This document shows positions 10,335 through 23,687 of a stretch of DNA of 64,000 bases, piece by piece. Location: positions 6,574,001 to 6,638,000 of the forward strand of contig JASTWF010000033.1 of the NCBI GenBank assembly GCA_030390025.1. Reading direction: 5' to 3'. This DNA comes from Squalus acanthias (lineage: Eukaryota). Position numbers and translations under genes: made by a program. How positions within the stretch are numbered: the first letter of the stretch is position 1; every line of letters begins with the position of its first letter. The notes under the pieces were generated by a model, which made no database searches, had not been told where the DNA came from, and worked only from the letters and a program-made list of their open reading frames with translations.

Positions 10335-12440
10335 AATATTTTTGGCACTTTTTCCAGTTCTTCTATGTCCTTTATATAGTATGGAGACCATAACTCTGCA
10401 CATTTCTCTAAGTGTGACCTGTCCAGGGTCTTATGCACATTTAATATAATTTACAAAGTATTTACAGCGCAGAGACAGACCATTCGACCCAAAATGTCCA
10501 TGTTGGTGTCCATGCTCCACACGAGCCTACACCCACCCTCCTTCATCTAACACAGTCAAAATATCGTTCTATTTCTTTTCCCCTCATGTGCTTGTCTCGC
10601 TCTCCCTTAAATATGACTATCTATTCGCATCAACTGCTCCTTGTGTTAGCGAGTTCCACATTCTGATCACTCATTTGTTAAAAATGTTTCTCCTGAATTG
10701 CCTATTAGATTTATCAATGACTATCTTAAATCTGTGGCCCCGAGATCTAGTCTTTCCTGCAATTGGGATAATCTTCTGCAATCTAACCTATCAAACCCTT
10801 TCAAAATCTAAATGAACACGATCTGATCATCAGTCAGTCTTCTCTTTCCTAAGGAAATGATCCCCAGCCTGTTCAGACGTTCCTGACACGTATAACCATT
10901 CAGTTCTGGTAACATTTTAGTAAATACTGTTTTTACCTTCTCCAGACCATCTATGTCCTTTTTATAAGATGGAGACCATGTTCACAGTACATCAAGTGTG
11001 GTCTGACCAAGGTTCCTTACAAGTTTAACATTACTTCTGCGCTTTACAATTCTATCCCTGTAGAAATGAACGCCAGTGCTTTCTTTGTTTTTATGGCCTT
11101 ATCCAACTGCATTGCAACTTTTAGTGATTTATGTAACTGTAACCTCATATCCCTATGTCCCTCAACCCCGTTTGGAACTTATTTTCCAAGGAGTATGTGA
11201 CATCCGTATACTTCCTATTAAAAAGCACTGCCTCACATTTCTCTATGTGAGGTTCATTTGCCAATTACACGCCCATTTTGCCAGTTTATTAACGTCTTCC
11301 TGGATTGTGTCGCAGTCCTCCTCTGTATTAAGTATTAACCCCCATTTGGATGGCATCCACAAACTTTGAAATTGCACTTCCGATTCTCGAGTACGAATTG
11401 TTTAAGTAAATGGTGAACAAAAGTGTTCCCAGCACCGATCCTTGTGAAACACCACTTCCCACCATTTGCCAACTTCACTACTTTTGAATTCTATCGCCTT
11501 AGAAATAAACTCCAGTTCATTGTTAGCTTTTTAATTGCTTTGCTAACCTTTGATACTGCTTTTAATTATTTGTTCACCTGTAGCCCTAGAGCCCTTTGCT
11601 GTTTTGCCATGTTCAGGTTCTTATTTTCTAATGTATCGGTGATTATAGAATCATGGAATGATACAGCACAGAAGGAGGCCTTTCGGCCCATCCTACCTGT
11701 GTCGGCTGTTTCGTAGAGCTGTCCAATTAATCCCACTCCTCTGCTCTTGCCCCAGTATTTTTTTACATCAAGTGTTTTTTCCAAATCCCCTTTGAAAGTT
11801 ACTATTGAATCTGCACGCACCGCTCTTTCAGGCAGCGCATTCCAGATCACAACAACTCGCTGTGTTAAGCAAAAGCTTCCTCCTGTAGTCTCTGGTTCTT
11901 TTTCCAATCACATTAAATATGTGTCCTCTGGATACCGACCTCACGGCCACTGGAATTACACTATTAAATCTATTTAAGAAATTGAACACCTCTATCAAAT
12001 CTCCTCTTAACCTTCTCTGCTCTAATCAGAACAACCCCAGCTTCTCCAGTCTCTCCACATAACTGAAGTCCCTTATCCCTGGTACCATTCAGGTGAATCT
12101 CTTCTGCACACGCTCCAAGGCTTTGACATTCCCCTAAAGGATGGCGCCCAGAATTGGAAACAATACTCCAGCGGAAGCCTTATCAGTGCTTTATAAAGTT
12201 TTCCATAAATTCCTTCCATTGTATTCTAATGCTTATTAATAAAGCGAAGGATCCCGTATGCTTAATTGCCATACTTCTCAACTTTTGCGACTGCCTTCCA
12301 AGATTAGTGTACACACATGCCTAGGTCTCTCTGTTCCTGCAAGCCCTTTAACATTCAAACATTTAGTTCACATTGCCTCTCCTCATTTTTCACTTCCCAA
12401 TTCTCTGTGTTAAATAGAATCTGCCAAGTATATGCCTAAT
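10335..12440 (-). mobile_element. Several nested CR1 3' fragments
   Basis: TQRVVVIWNALPERAV motif and reverse CR1 3'UTRs at ~10455 and ~11645. Confidence 0.8.
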
Positions 12441-13176
12441 TGAATTAGAGTTCGGTTTAAGCTGTAAGCAAAGGGATTGAATTCGGAAAGAAACTCAATC
12501 AGGGAAGTGTAGAATCATGTCAGTGACGTACCTGAAGCTCGCAAACCCTCCAGCTTGAGGAAGAGTTTGTAAGGGTAAAGACCGATCCAAATTTGCTTGA
12601 CATTTAGGGTCGTTTCTTCGTCTCCAATTATAATTTTTCCAGTTAATGCAAAATATGCCAGTGAACTGAGTGAGGAGATAACTTTATATATAGGAATGAG
12701 GGTCAGTTAGAAGGTGTCACATGAATGTCTTTGTAACCAAAGGTCAGCCATCATCGTATTGAATGGTGGAGCAGGATGGAAGGGCGAAATAGCCGACTCC
12801 TGCTCTTATTTCTTATATTCACGTGTTGACCAGTCAGTCTACGTCCTCCTGAAGTCTGTTACTATCCTCGTCATTGTGTGCTACATTTCCGAGTTTCGAT
12901 GCCGTGTATACCAAATATATGTCATTAAAATATATCTAAGAGAGCACTGGTACTAATAGCGGCCCCTGGAGAACACCACTGTATACTTCCCTCCAGTCTG
13001 AAAAACAACCGGTCGCCACTACTCTCTGCTTTCTGACACCTAGCCAATTTTGTATCCATGCTGCCCTGTCCTAATAATCCCATGGCTACAATTTTATGAC
13101 CAGACATGTCACGTAGTTCTTTGTCAAACGCCCTTTGAAGGTCCGTATACAGATCAACAACCACACTACACTCATG

Positions 13177-14069
13177 GCGGGAAAAATTCAGTTGGTTGCG
13201 CCTCCCGTTAGCGCGTTAAGAGGGTGCTAATGAGGCGCAAAGCATCTAGCGCCCAGGCGCGGCGAAGTTTGCGTTGCTCGCGAAATTAACTAGACATTTT
13301 GCGGCGATGCTAAACACTACCGCCACGATCTCCTGCGCCCGCAGATCATGACGTCACTCGAGTGCGCAACGCCCCGGTATCGCCCCGGAGCGGATATTGA
13401 GTGGCGCCCCCTGCCTTACCGCCTGACGCTAGCAACGACAGGTTGAGGGGAGCGTTCTGCAGTCATGAAGGGAAAGGGGGAGCGCTATTTAAAGGTGACT
13501 GCTTCCTGCCTTTTATTGTTGGTGCCATTTTTGAACTGCGCATTCTGAGAGAGAGAGGGAGAGACTTCTGGAGGGATTCAAGGTTGTGTGAAGGAGTTTT
13601 GGGTACTGAGCAGCACTTTGCAGGTTCATTTTGATTTGCCATTCCTTGTATCGATTTAGCAGAGACTGTGGGGGCTGCATTCTGAGCTCTTGGCCTGGTA
13701 CTCTCCATTTTTCTTTCCAGCAGATTTGATGTGCAGGTCTCTCCAGGCCGAGATTCAAGGCTGCAATGAGCAGGATATGGATGGAAAGCAAGATTAACCA
13801 TCCCCTTTAAGAACTGGCCCGTGCCATTGTGTGTGTGTTCCATTGCTGACTGACATTACATGAGCTTCGCCAGCGCTCTGAGGTAGCGCCTCGCTCCTTG
13901 GCCTTTGCACCTTAAGACAGGTGTGAAGCGCCTGATATAGCGCTGCAATCACCTCCAGGGGCGATAAAAGTCAAGTTTGCAGTCGGTGGCGATAATTAGC
14001 GCCAGGCGCTAATCTTTGCGCCCGGCCGATAATTGCGCCCCAAATGGGGCGATACTGAATTTCTCCCCC
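13177..14069 (+). mobile_element. Non-autonomous Harbinger internal-deletion derivative, 893 bp
   Basis: TIR GCGGGAAAAATTCAGT vs GGGGGAGAAATTCAGT (14/16), with ATG on both sides. The left ~500 bp aligns to 1313-1835 and the right ~370 bp to ~5200-5568. Confidence 0.92.
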
Positions 14070-14464
14070 ATGATGTTTCTATTTTCCTACCAAAGTGCAT
14101 CACCTCGCATTCATCTGTTAAAGTTCACTTGTCACTTACCTGCGCAATCTGCATTTTTTCTAATGTCTCTTTTGAAATGTCATGTAGAGAAATGTCTCTT
14201 CAATATTTGAAGCAAAGCATCATTTTAATAAATTTTAAAAAATAATAATTAATAAAGGCAGCCATCTACAACTGAGTTAGGGTTTGCAATTGTATCAGAA
14301 AATCTGACGATTTATTGCAGAGTAAACTCTAGACTTGTCACTTTGTACTGCTGTTTTTCGAAGAATTTGTTGAAGATAGTTGTTATTTCAAATAACAGAA
14401 CTACTCACCTGTTTGCTTCACCCTTACTTTGTGACATTAAATATCTATTTATGCATGGGTCATC

Positions 14465-16392
14465 CTAAACTCCTTCCCACCCCACCGAATTTCCTAAGTT
14501 CCTCCCCACGCCATCTACTATCCTCCGCTCATCCCCACCCCACCTAATATCCTCAGCTCCTCCCCACCCCATCTAATTTCCTCAGCTCCTCACCACCCCT
14601 CCTAATATCTAAAATTAGTATTGAGAGGGAGCAGGTACTAGCGGGTTTAGCGGGCTTAAATGTGGATAAATCACCAGGCCAGATGATTTGTATCCCAGGC
14701 TGCTGTGTGAGGCAAGGGATGAGATTGCAGGGGCTCTCAAACACATTTTCAGAACCTCTCTGGCCACAGGGGTCGTGCCAGGGGACTGGAGGACAGCCAA
14801 CGTAGTGTCATTATTCAAGAAGGTTAGTCGGGTAAATCAGGCAAATACAGGCCAGTGAGCCTGACATCAGTGGCCGCAAAATTATTGGAAAAAAATCTGA
14901 GGGACAGAATTTGTCTCCACTTGGAGAGGCAAGGATAATAAAGGATAGTCAGCATGGCTTTGTTAGGGGAAGATCATGTCTAACCAATTTGATTGAATTT
15001 TTCGAGGGGGTGACTTGGTGTGTGGATGAGGGGAGTGCAGTTGATGTAGTCTACATGGACTTCAGTAAGGCTTTTGACAAATTCCCGCATGGACGATGGG
15101 TCAACAAGGTAAGAGCGCATGGGATCCAGGGACATTTTTCACATTGGATCCAAAATTGGCTTAGTGGCAGGAGGCAGAGGGTGATGGTCGAAGTTTGTTT
15201 TTGTGACTGGAAGCCTGTGTCCAGTGGTGTACCACAGGGATCGGTGCTGGGTCCCTTGCTGTTTGTAGTGTACATTAATGATTTAGATATGAACGTAGGA
15301 TGTATGATCAGTAAGTTCGCAGATGAGAGGAACATTGGTGGAGTGGTAAATAGCGAGGAGGGAAGCCTCAGGCTACAGGACGATATAGACGGGTTGTTCA
15401 GATGGGCAGAACAGTGGCAAATGGGATTTAACCCTGAAAAGTGTGAGGTGATGCATTTTGAGAGGACTAATAAGGCAAGGGAATACACAATGAATGGTCG
15501 GACCCGAGGAAGGACAGAGGATCAGAGAGACCTTGGTGTGCATGTACATAGATCCCTGAAGGCAGCAGGGCAGGTAGATAAGTTGTTTAGAAATGCATAT
15601 GGGACACTTAACTGCATTAACCGTGGCATAGAACATAAGAGCAGGGAGGTTATGATGGAGCTTTACAAAACGCTAGTTAGGCCACAGCTGGAATACTGTG
15701 TGCATTTCTGGTCGTCACACTATAGGAAGGAAGTGATTGCATTGGAGAGGGTGCAGAGGAGCGTCAACATGATGTTACCTGTGCTGGAGCGCGTCAGCTG
15801 TGAAGATAGACTGGACAGGCTGGGGCTGTTTTCCTTAGAGCAGAGAAGGCTGAGGGGGGACCTGATTGAGCTGTGCAAAATTATTAGGGGCATAGATAGG
15901 GTAGATAGAAAGGAACTGTTCCCCTTTGCAGAAGGGTCAATTATCAGGGGGCATAGTTTCAAGATAAGGGGCAGGAGGTTTAGAGGGGATTTGAGGAAAA
16001 ACGTTTTCAACCAGAGGATGGTTGAAATCTGGAACTCACTGCCTGAAATGGTGGTAGAGGCATAAACCCTCACAACATTCAAGAAGCATTTAGATGAGCA
16101 CTTGAAACGCCGTAGCATACAAGGCTAATGTCCAAGTGCTGGAAAATGGGAATGGAATAGACAGGGCTTGATGGCCAGCGCGAACACGATGGGCCGAAGG
16201 GCCTCTTTGTGTTCAGTATAACTCTATGACTCTATGACTCTATGAGTTCCTCCCCATCCCTTCTAACATCCTCAGCTCCTCCCCAACCCACCTAATATTC
16301 CAACTCCTGCCCACCCCACCTAATACCCTCAGCTGCTCTCTACCCCGCTAATATCCTCAGCCCCTCCCCACCCCAGCTAATATCATCAGCTC
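14465..16392. repeat. ~29-bp C-rich minisatellite (CCTCAGCTCCTCCCCACCCCACCTAATAT) at 14465-14610 and 16245-16392, split by a CR1
   Basis: The same unit occurs on both sides of the CR1 insertion. Confidence 0.85.
14611..16243 (+). mobile_element. 5'-truncated CR1 LINE with a 384-aa RT fragment
   Basis: ORF 14911..16065: SQHGF..SCLTNL, DFSKAFDK, GVPQGSVLGP, KFAD. Tail is (ACTCTATG)n. Confidence 0.95.
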
Positions 16393-16744
16393 CAAACAGC
16401 CAATGTACCCTCTATTGTTTTTTTACTGATTGGGCCACAAACACTTTTGAGTGCGACCTTTTCTTCGGCGGAATTCGTCTCCATCGCCCCTGGAGGTGAA
16501 TTGAGCGCTTTATCAAGCGCTGCACACCTCTCTTAGGGCGCTGACGTCGGGAGCGATCGAGGAACGAGGCGCTACCTCAGAACGCAACTGAAGCTCAGGC
16601 GATGTTTATTACCCTGGAATCAGACAAACTGGAGCCGTCCAGAATTTAAAGGGCAGGGTTCATCTTGCTTCACAAACACACCCAGCTCATTGCAGCATTG
16701 AACATCGGCCTGCAAACATCACTGAGATTGCTGACACGATTGTG

Positions 16745-18590
16745 ATGGATACTCAGAGGCCAGGGAGTGAGCTCGACGCTTCAGTGAACAGCTTTGGTGG
16801 CTCTGGTTGGCGCAGTTGAACAGTGACTGGCGGTGCTCTTTCCAGTGAATGGCAGGGGGCCATTGCCACGTGAGTTTAGAAGAGTCTGGAGGGAGGTGGC
16901 CTAGCATGTGTCATGTCGGAGCCTGGTGCAGAGGGCATATACACAGTGCCGTTAGAAGTTCAACGACCCCACTCGGGTTGTCAGGGTGAGAATCTGCTCT
17001 TCAATACCTCTACATCCCTCCATCTCAACCTCACTCTGTGCACAGACGGTGTAAATACCCAAATGCCCAACGCTCATCCAACAACTATGGCCATCTCATA
17101 AAGCTCACATGCACATCCCATACCTTGCAGAAATTAACAGCTACTCAACTATGGTAGGCACATCTGCCAAACACATGTCTGCCCACTTACTCACACGCTG
17201 TCCTATTTCATTTAGGCCAAGCTTTCACATATCCAGCTTGTGGGAGGAGGACAGACAGAGCTACACCCTCTCACAGAATTGGAGGAGAGAGTCCACAGAC
17301 TCATTGCGAGCCAGGTAGTAGGCGCTGTGTCCGTTGGTGAGGTCGACCCAATTGGCGACAGCAAAGGAATGTTCATCAGCTTTCTCTCCTTTCTCATTCC
17401 ACTTCTCCCTCACAACACTAGACGTTTACACTTTCAATCAAACTAACTGTCTCCAGTCGTTGTTCCCTTCCTGCCCACCTGCCCTCACGCTAAATCCACT
17501 CTTGTAGCTCCCTGCTTTCGGACAGTGAATAACCAGCTGACCAGCCTGTCCCTCCGCCTGTCAGTGACAGCGACGCGCCAGGGGAGTAGGAAGAGGAAGC
17601 CGGAACCTCACCGCCTGCGTCTCCCGAGTGCGACACTTCCAACACTGGGTCACGCATTCCCAAGGAGGTTAGCAGGGAGTTAGCATCTGATGTGGGTGAA
17701 GCTCCGGGATGCGCGGGCTGCAGCAATGCCATGGGGGAAGGGAAGCTCTGGGGCCATCTCCGTGGGTGGTGAGTGCGCGCGCGAGTTCTGCTGCACAGGA
17801 TTCGGAATCGCACCTCGATATAGCGGCCATTAATATGCAGGCGAAGAGCATGCATACGGAGCTCATGGGTGCAAGGGCAAGGCTGCCCGACAGCATTAAT
17901 GCACTGGTTAGTAGCATGGAGGTGTCCGTCGCTAGCACAGCTGTCATCTGAGCACAAACCCTTGAACCCATCCTTGCCTTGTTGCAGAGGATGGTTGAAT
18001 AGCAGGGAGACCGTGGGAACCAGAGCCCATGCCTCGTGTAATGGGTGAGGTGACAGGATCCATTGCAGCACTGGCCGAGGCAACACATTCGCTTAGTGCT
18101 GCAATCGAGTCCTTGGCTGATGCTATCCAGTCTCAGATTGCTGTCATCCTCGCTGGGTCGCCCACAGTATACCGGAGATCTCACGGTAGCAGCAACTTGT
18201 GTTCGAAAAGTTTGCTAGGAATGCTGAGGTGCTGCCCCGTGGGAGTGGCAGTGTGTCGGTCGAGCAGGAAGATGCTGTCCTCTCTCAGGATGACAGCATT
18301 GCTGCTCCCATCACTACCACTTCCCCATTGCACATGGCACGGCCTGTAAAACAGCCAGCCCAGACTGCTGCCGCCCATGCAGTTTTGGTGCAGATTGCAG
18401 CCGGGCCCTCCAGACCCAGAGCTGATCGAGAGCGTCCTTCAAGGCCATCTGCAGTCTCTGGATCCAACATTCAGCAGCCTTCCGCCAGCCTTGCTGCAGC
18501 CACTGGGGCCACATTATGGAGGAGCAGTTGAGTCGGAAGGGGGGAATGTGCAAGGGATGGAGATCACCCTCGAAGGCCGAAAACTAAATA
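16745..18590 (+). pseudogene. Harbinger Myb/SANT partner pseudogene
   Basis: KKFND-like segment with donor CAGG|GTGAG at ~16985, acceptor TTTAG|GCCAAG at 17216, then ELEERVHRLIA, MHTELMGA and AEVLPRGSGSVS. Contains stops and frameshifts. Confidence 0.88.
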
Positions 18591-18886
18591 TTATGTAATA
18601 AATGGGGGGAATGGTTGTGGGAACGTTTGATGTTCATCTAAATATATTTGTTTACCGTTTTGACGCTAATCTTGATGTGGTAAGAATGAGTATTGTTAGT
18701 GTAGGAATTGTTGTTTTTGTTTGTCCTGAATAAATATTACACAGTTTCTTATATAAATGAAAAAAGATATTGGAACTTTACAATTTTGCTGATTTGACTC
18801 ATTGGAGCTTTGCACGGTAATAGGGGCTGCGGGATGCTTGCGCTGATGCGCTGCTTCATCCCAGAAGCCATCTTCTCTGTCATTCG

Positions 18887-20060
18887 TCAGAAGTGATCTC
18901 TTACCAGGCGTTCACGGATGCCCCTTGCAGTGGCAACATTGAGCAGCTTCCTCCCACGTTATTGCTGCTGATCCTCCTCTTCATCCTCCACCTGCACGTT
19001 CACCTTCTCCTCTCCCTCCTCCTGATGTGCTGCACCAAACCCTCGTGGCAATGGCTGGGTCCTCATATTTGCAAGGTTGTGAAGCATGCAGCACACAACA
19101 ATGAAAAGTGAGACTCGCTCGGGAGAGTACTGCAGGGCTCCTCCAGAGTGGTCCAGACACCGGACCCGTTGTTTCAAGAGGCTGATCGTCTGCTCAGTGA
19201 GGTTCCTGGTGGCGCTATGGCTCTCATTGTATTGGAGCTCAGCAGGAGTGTTGAGGTTACGAAGCGGTCACATCAGCCAGGTGCAGAGTGGATCACCCTT
19301 GTCCCTGAGGAGTCATCCACGAGTTTGATGCGGTGGTGGGAAGAGGTCTGGGACACCAGTCTGGCGCCGGATGAAAACATCGTGGCTGCTGCCAATATAA
19401 CGGGCATTGCGGGCGAGGAACCGCTGTCTCTGGTCGCACACCAGCTGCACATTCAGTGAGTTGAAGCCCTTCAGATTTTGGAACAACTCTGCATTCTCAT
19501 GAGGTACCCGTAATGCCACATGGGTGCAGTCAATGGCCCCCTGAACCATGGGGAAGCCCGCTATCCTTGCAAAGCCACATGCACGTCCGCGATGTTTGTC
19601 CCAGGTCATGGGGAAATAGATATACTCACTTCCCTTTTTGTAGAGAGCATTTGTGACCTCCCGGATGCAGCAATGGACAGCGAACTGGATGATATTCGCT
19701 ATGTCCCGAGTTGAAGACTGGAAGGAGCCGCTGACTTAGAAATTCAGAGCAACCATCACCTTCACTGCCACCGACACAGCCGCCCTGGTGCTGAGCTGTG
19801 GCTGCAGATCTGTTTCCAGGAGGTGGCAGAGCCCAGTGACCCGCACCTTGCTGAAGCTCAGCATTCTGAAACACTGATCCTCAGACAAATGGATATCGGG
19901 GAATTGCTCCCGGAATACCCTGGGAGGGGATGGTCTCCTGTGCAGAGCCCTGTTGGCCCTCCGCCCTTTGGCCACGTTTGCCGCTCTCTCTCTCTCTGCG
20001 CCACTGCTGCCTCCGAAGGTGAACCTGGCCGTCGACGCCCCAAGTTAGTACAGCCCCCAT
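18887..20060 (-). pseudogene. Harbinger transposase pseudogene
   Basis: Fragments PPRVFREQ, AGFPMVQGAIDCTHVALR, RCLDHSGGALQYSPE and VCCMLHN lie in different frames. Confidence 0.92.
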
Positions 20061-20621
20061 TTAAAAACTTCTAAATGTGGTATATACGAAGCTCAGCTAA
20101 ATAGGAGCCTGAAATGAGTTGCTCAGGATCAAATCTCCTTAGGACAGCGTTAAATCTCTCCAGACATCTTTCTCCCTTTCAACCTGCGTATGCAAAAAAA
20201 TTGGCGACAAGAAAAAGCAGGAAGTGCACGCCGAAAAGCAACGTTCCCACAGCTCCTTCCCAACTTGAAAACGTGCCCCTCTACCTGTCGTTACCGGAGG
20301 CAGGGGCTAAGGCAGGGGACGAGAATCAATTTCCGTTCCGGGGCGCTACCAGGGCGTTGCACGCTCGCATGACTTCGCGGTCTGCGGGCACAGGTGACTA
20401 TAGCGGTAGTGTTTACCGCCACTTCAAAATCACAGGTGAATTTGGCGAGCGGCGCTAAAATCACTGCGCTCTGGCACTAAGTTGCTAGTGCCCCGTTAGC
20501 GCACTTCGGAGGCGCTAACGAGAGGCGCTAATCAACCGAATTTTTCCTCCTTTGACTCTTATTTTCCAAGGAATAGCTCGGCTCCTTATTCCTGCTCCCA
20601 AAATGCACCACCTCACACTTA

Positions 20622-20720
20622 ACTTCTGATGAAAGGTCATCGACCTTAAACGTTAACTCTCTTTCTCTCTCCACAGATGCTGCCTGGCCTGCTGAGTTTT
20701 TCCAGCGTTTTCTGTTGTTA
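20622..20720 (+). mobile_element. Penelope terminal-repeat fragment with a mutated hammerhead motif
   Basis: CTGATGA-A-AGGTC-ATC-GACCT-TAAA-CGTT-AACT; GAAA has become TAAA. Confidence 0.7.
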
Positions 20721-22029
20721 TACCTTATTGAAATTCATTTGTCATCCGAAATGACTGGAATATAAAAGAACTGCAGAATAATAAATTAACACTTCAGAAA
20801 CATCACTCAGTTATACGGTTATGCATCGACAAACAATCCAAAAGCCCAAGGTGAGCTGAATAAGGCAGATCTATTCGTGCAATTTGTATTAATTTTAAAG
20901 TTTTCAACGTATTAGCACATCCCTCATGTCACAAGCAGCAGGAGCAGCGGCTTTCCTATGGCGCTGACGTGCTGTCCGTCCAGATATGTCATTAGAATAT
21001 TAATCACAATACAACCAGACAACCAACAAATAATAAAAATTATTGAACAAAAACTTGTATCCGTAATTCCATTAATCTGTTCCATTAATAAACGTGGTCT
21101 TCTTGAACCAGCAACCCCCGCCCCCGCAACCACCCCCCCACCCCCCTCATATAACATGTCAGAAATGCAGCACTTATTTACAAGTGCAGAAACACACATA
21201 CACAATTTGGGTCACTGAATTAGAAACAAAAAGCAGGTATCAAATATTGAGAAATTTCAATTTTAAAATGTTTTAAACAATGCAGAGCCTCTTTAAAAGC
21301 GTTCTGACTTCAAGACCCGCTTAAAGCTTGTTTACATGAGTGCAAAATTGATTTTTGCTTGTTTCTTCCAAAATCATAACAGAAACTTAGGGGGAAATAC
21401 AGTGATTTTAACGTTCATTTTTTGTGAAAAGTTCTTTAAAAAGCTTTAAATTCTTTCTAGTCTCATTGCAGCTTTGATAGAAAATTTGCTCCAAGTTTCT
21501 CATTCAGTCTTCAATGCTTTTCTAAGCATGCAACAATAAAATAAAATAAACTCTATCTCCAAACGGAGCTCAAATAAGAAAGTGAATAAAGTGGTTCAGC
21601 TTCCTAAGGGGGTGAGGTTATCTCTCCCCAGCCTTGGCGATGTGTTGGGATCATTTTTGGAGAAATGGTTTCCTCTATTTCTGCTGCCGTTCCGTCCGTC
21701 CCACACAGACTCGGAGGTACAAACAGGGGCACAATTTTTTCCCCCTCTCCCCATAAGATTATTTAAATAAACCTGATAAATTATTTCAAAAAGGGGAAAT
21801 CATCTGGCAAAATTTAATTGGAACTTACCACGGGACATGGAACATCACTTTCCGGTATTTTTTGCGTATTTAAACAATTTTACGATTTTTTGAAAATATT
21901 AATCGAGTGCCTAAGAATGTTTTGCTTTCTCTTTTTTCCTACGGCTCTTGTACATGTGCTGCACCTCCATCTGTGTTGTTTTGAGTCCCGGCTCAGTCCC
22001 CGGGAATGGACCACACGCGCCTGGACACT

Positions 22030-22825
22030 CACCCCTCTATCTCTCGCTGTGTGCCCCTCTCCCTGTCCCTCCCTTTGTCTTTTTTTCTGTCTCTCTCTGT
22101 CTATGTATCTCCCTCTGACCCTGTCTCTCTCTCTCCCCATGCCCCTGCGTCTCGCTCTCCCTCAATCTGTCTCTGTCTCTCCTTCTATCTCTCGCTGTCT
22201 CTGTCTCTCTCACACACCCTCTGTCCCTGTCTCTCTCTCTTTCTCTCCCTCTGACCCTGTTTCTCACACTCTCAACCTCTGACTCAGTCTCTTTCCCTGC
22301 CTATCTATGTATCTCCCTCTGAAACTGTCTCTCACTCTATCTCCCTCTGACTCTTTCGCTGTCCCTGTCTCTCTCTCTATGTATCTCCCTCTGACACTGT
22401 CTCTGACTCTATCCCCCTCTGTCCCTGTCTCTCTCTCTGTCCCTGTCTCTCGCTCTATCTTCCTCGTTCCCTGTCATTCACTCTATCTTCCTCTCTCCCT
22501 GAATCTCTCTCTATAACTTCCTCCCTCCCTGTCTCTTTCTCTCTATCGCCCTCTGCCCCTTTCTCTCTCTATATATCCCTCTGTCACTCTCTCTCTCTCT
22601 CTATCTCTCTCTGTCCCTGTCTCTTTCTCTCTTTATCTCCCTTTGTCCCTGTCTCTAGTTCTCTCTCCCTCTGTCCCTGTCTCTCCCTCTCTCAACCTCT
22701 GACACTCTCTCTGTCCGTCTGTCTGTCTGTCTCTCTCTCGCCCACCCCAGTTATTTTCTCTCTCTCTCCCCATTCGCTGTCTCTCTCCCTAGACTCTCTC
22801 TTCTCTCCCCGTCTCTCTCTCTCCC
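22030..22825. repeat. CT-rich low-complexity / compound microsatellite
   Basis: Degenerate (CT)n and CCCTCTGTCCCTGTCTCT units. Confidence 0.9.
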
Positions 22826-22840
22826 ATTTTAATTGTAGCA

Positions 22841-23030
22841 GCCTATACTGAAGGTGCTGTTTGATGGTGGGGTTCAGCCCCAAACACTGTTAGCCCTCCA
22901 GTACCTTGCCAATTCGTAATTCTGAGCAGTGAGCCTATACTGAAGGTGCTGCGTTATGGTGGGGTGCGGTCCCAGTTACTGTTTGACCTCCGTACCTTGC
23001 CAAGTGGTAATTCTGAGCTGTGAGCCTATG
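22841..23030. repeat. ~92-bp tandem duplication
   Basis: GCCTAT(A/G)C recurs at 22841, 22933 and 23024. Confidence 0.85.
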
Positions 23031-23687
23031 CAGCGAGCTGCCAGCATTTCGACCATGGGGAGCAGCACAGCCGCCGTCCCTGGCTGCGTCAATCTGGCAT
23101 AGCTGAGCCAATCGTAGCACAACAGCAACAACTTGCATTTACATAAAACTTGTAACGTACTAAAACGTCACATGGCGCTGCACAAGAGCGGAATCAGTCA
23201 TAAATTGAACCCTGCCAAAGGTGGAGACAGTGGAAACAAGCTTGGGCAAATTTTGTAAGGCCTCGGCAACTGAAGGGATGGCCGCCAATGATGCATAGAA
23301 CGGAGTGGGGGTTGCAGAAGAGGCCAGAGTTGGGAGAGGGCAGAGTTCATCGAATCCTAGAATGAAAAAGGACAGAAAGAAGCCATTCGGCCCATGTTGC
23401 CTGTGTCGGCTGTTTGAAAGAGCTTTTCAGTTTAGCGTCAATCCTCTGCCCTTTCCCCATAGGCTTAGCACTGCATTTTTTCCAATTCTCGTATTTACAC
23501 AATTCCCTTTTGCAAGCTGCGACTGAATCTGCTTCCACTGTTCATTCAGCCAGTGCATTCCAGGTCATGACAACTTGCTGCGTAATTTTTTTCACCTCCT
23601 GTGGCATCTGGATCTTTCACCAATTACCTTATATTTGTGTCGTCTGTTTACCGACGCGCCTGACACTGGAAAGAGTTTATCCTTATT

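Larger units (their letters stand above)
16480..20550 (-). mobile_element. Decayed Harbinger element of a related subfamily, inverted; the right terminus (~100 bp) is missing
   Basis: Reverse complement from 20550 reads GGAGGAAAAATTCGGTTGATTAGCGCC, matching the left TIR/subterminal region. 16481-16541 matches the reverse complement of ~5405-5465. Confidence 0.9.

Noticed and set aside
21818..22883. Leu/Ser-rich and Arg/Glu-rich ORFs
   Set aside because: Translations of the CT/GA microsatellite.
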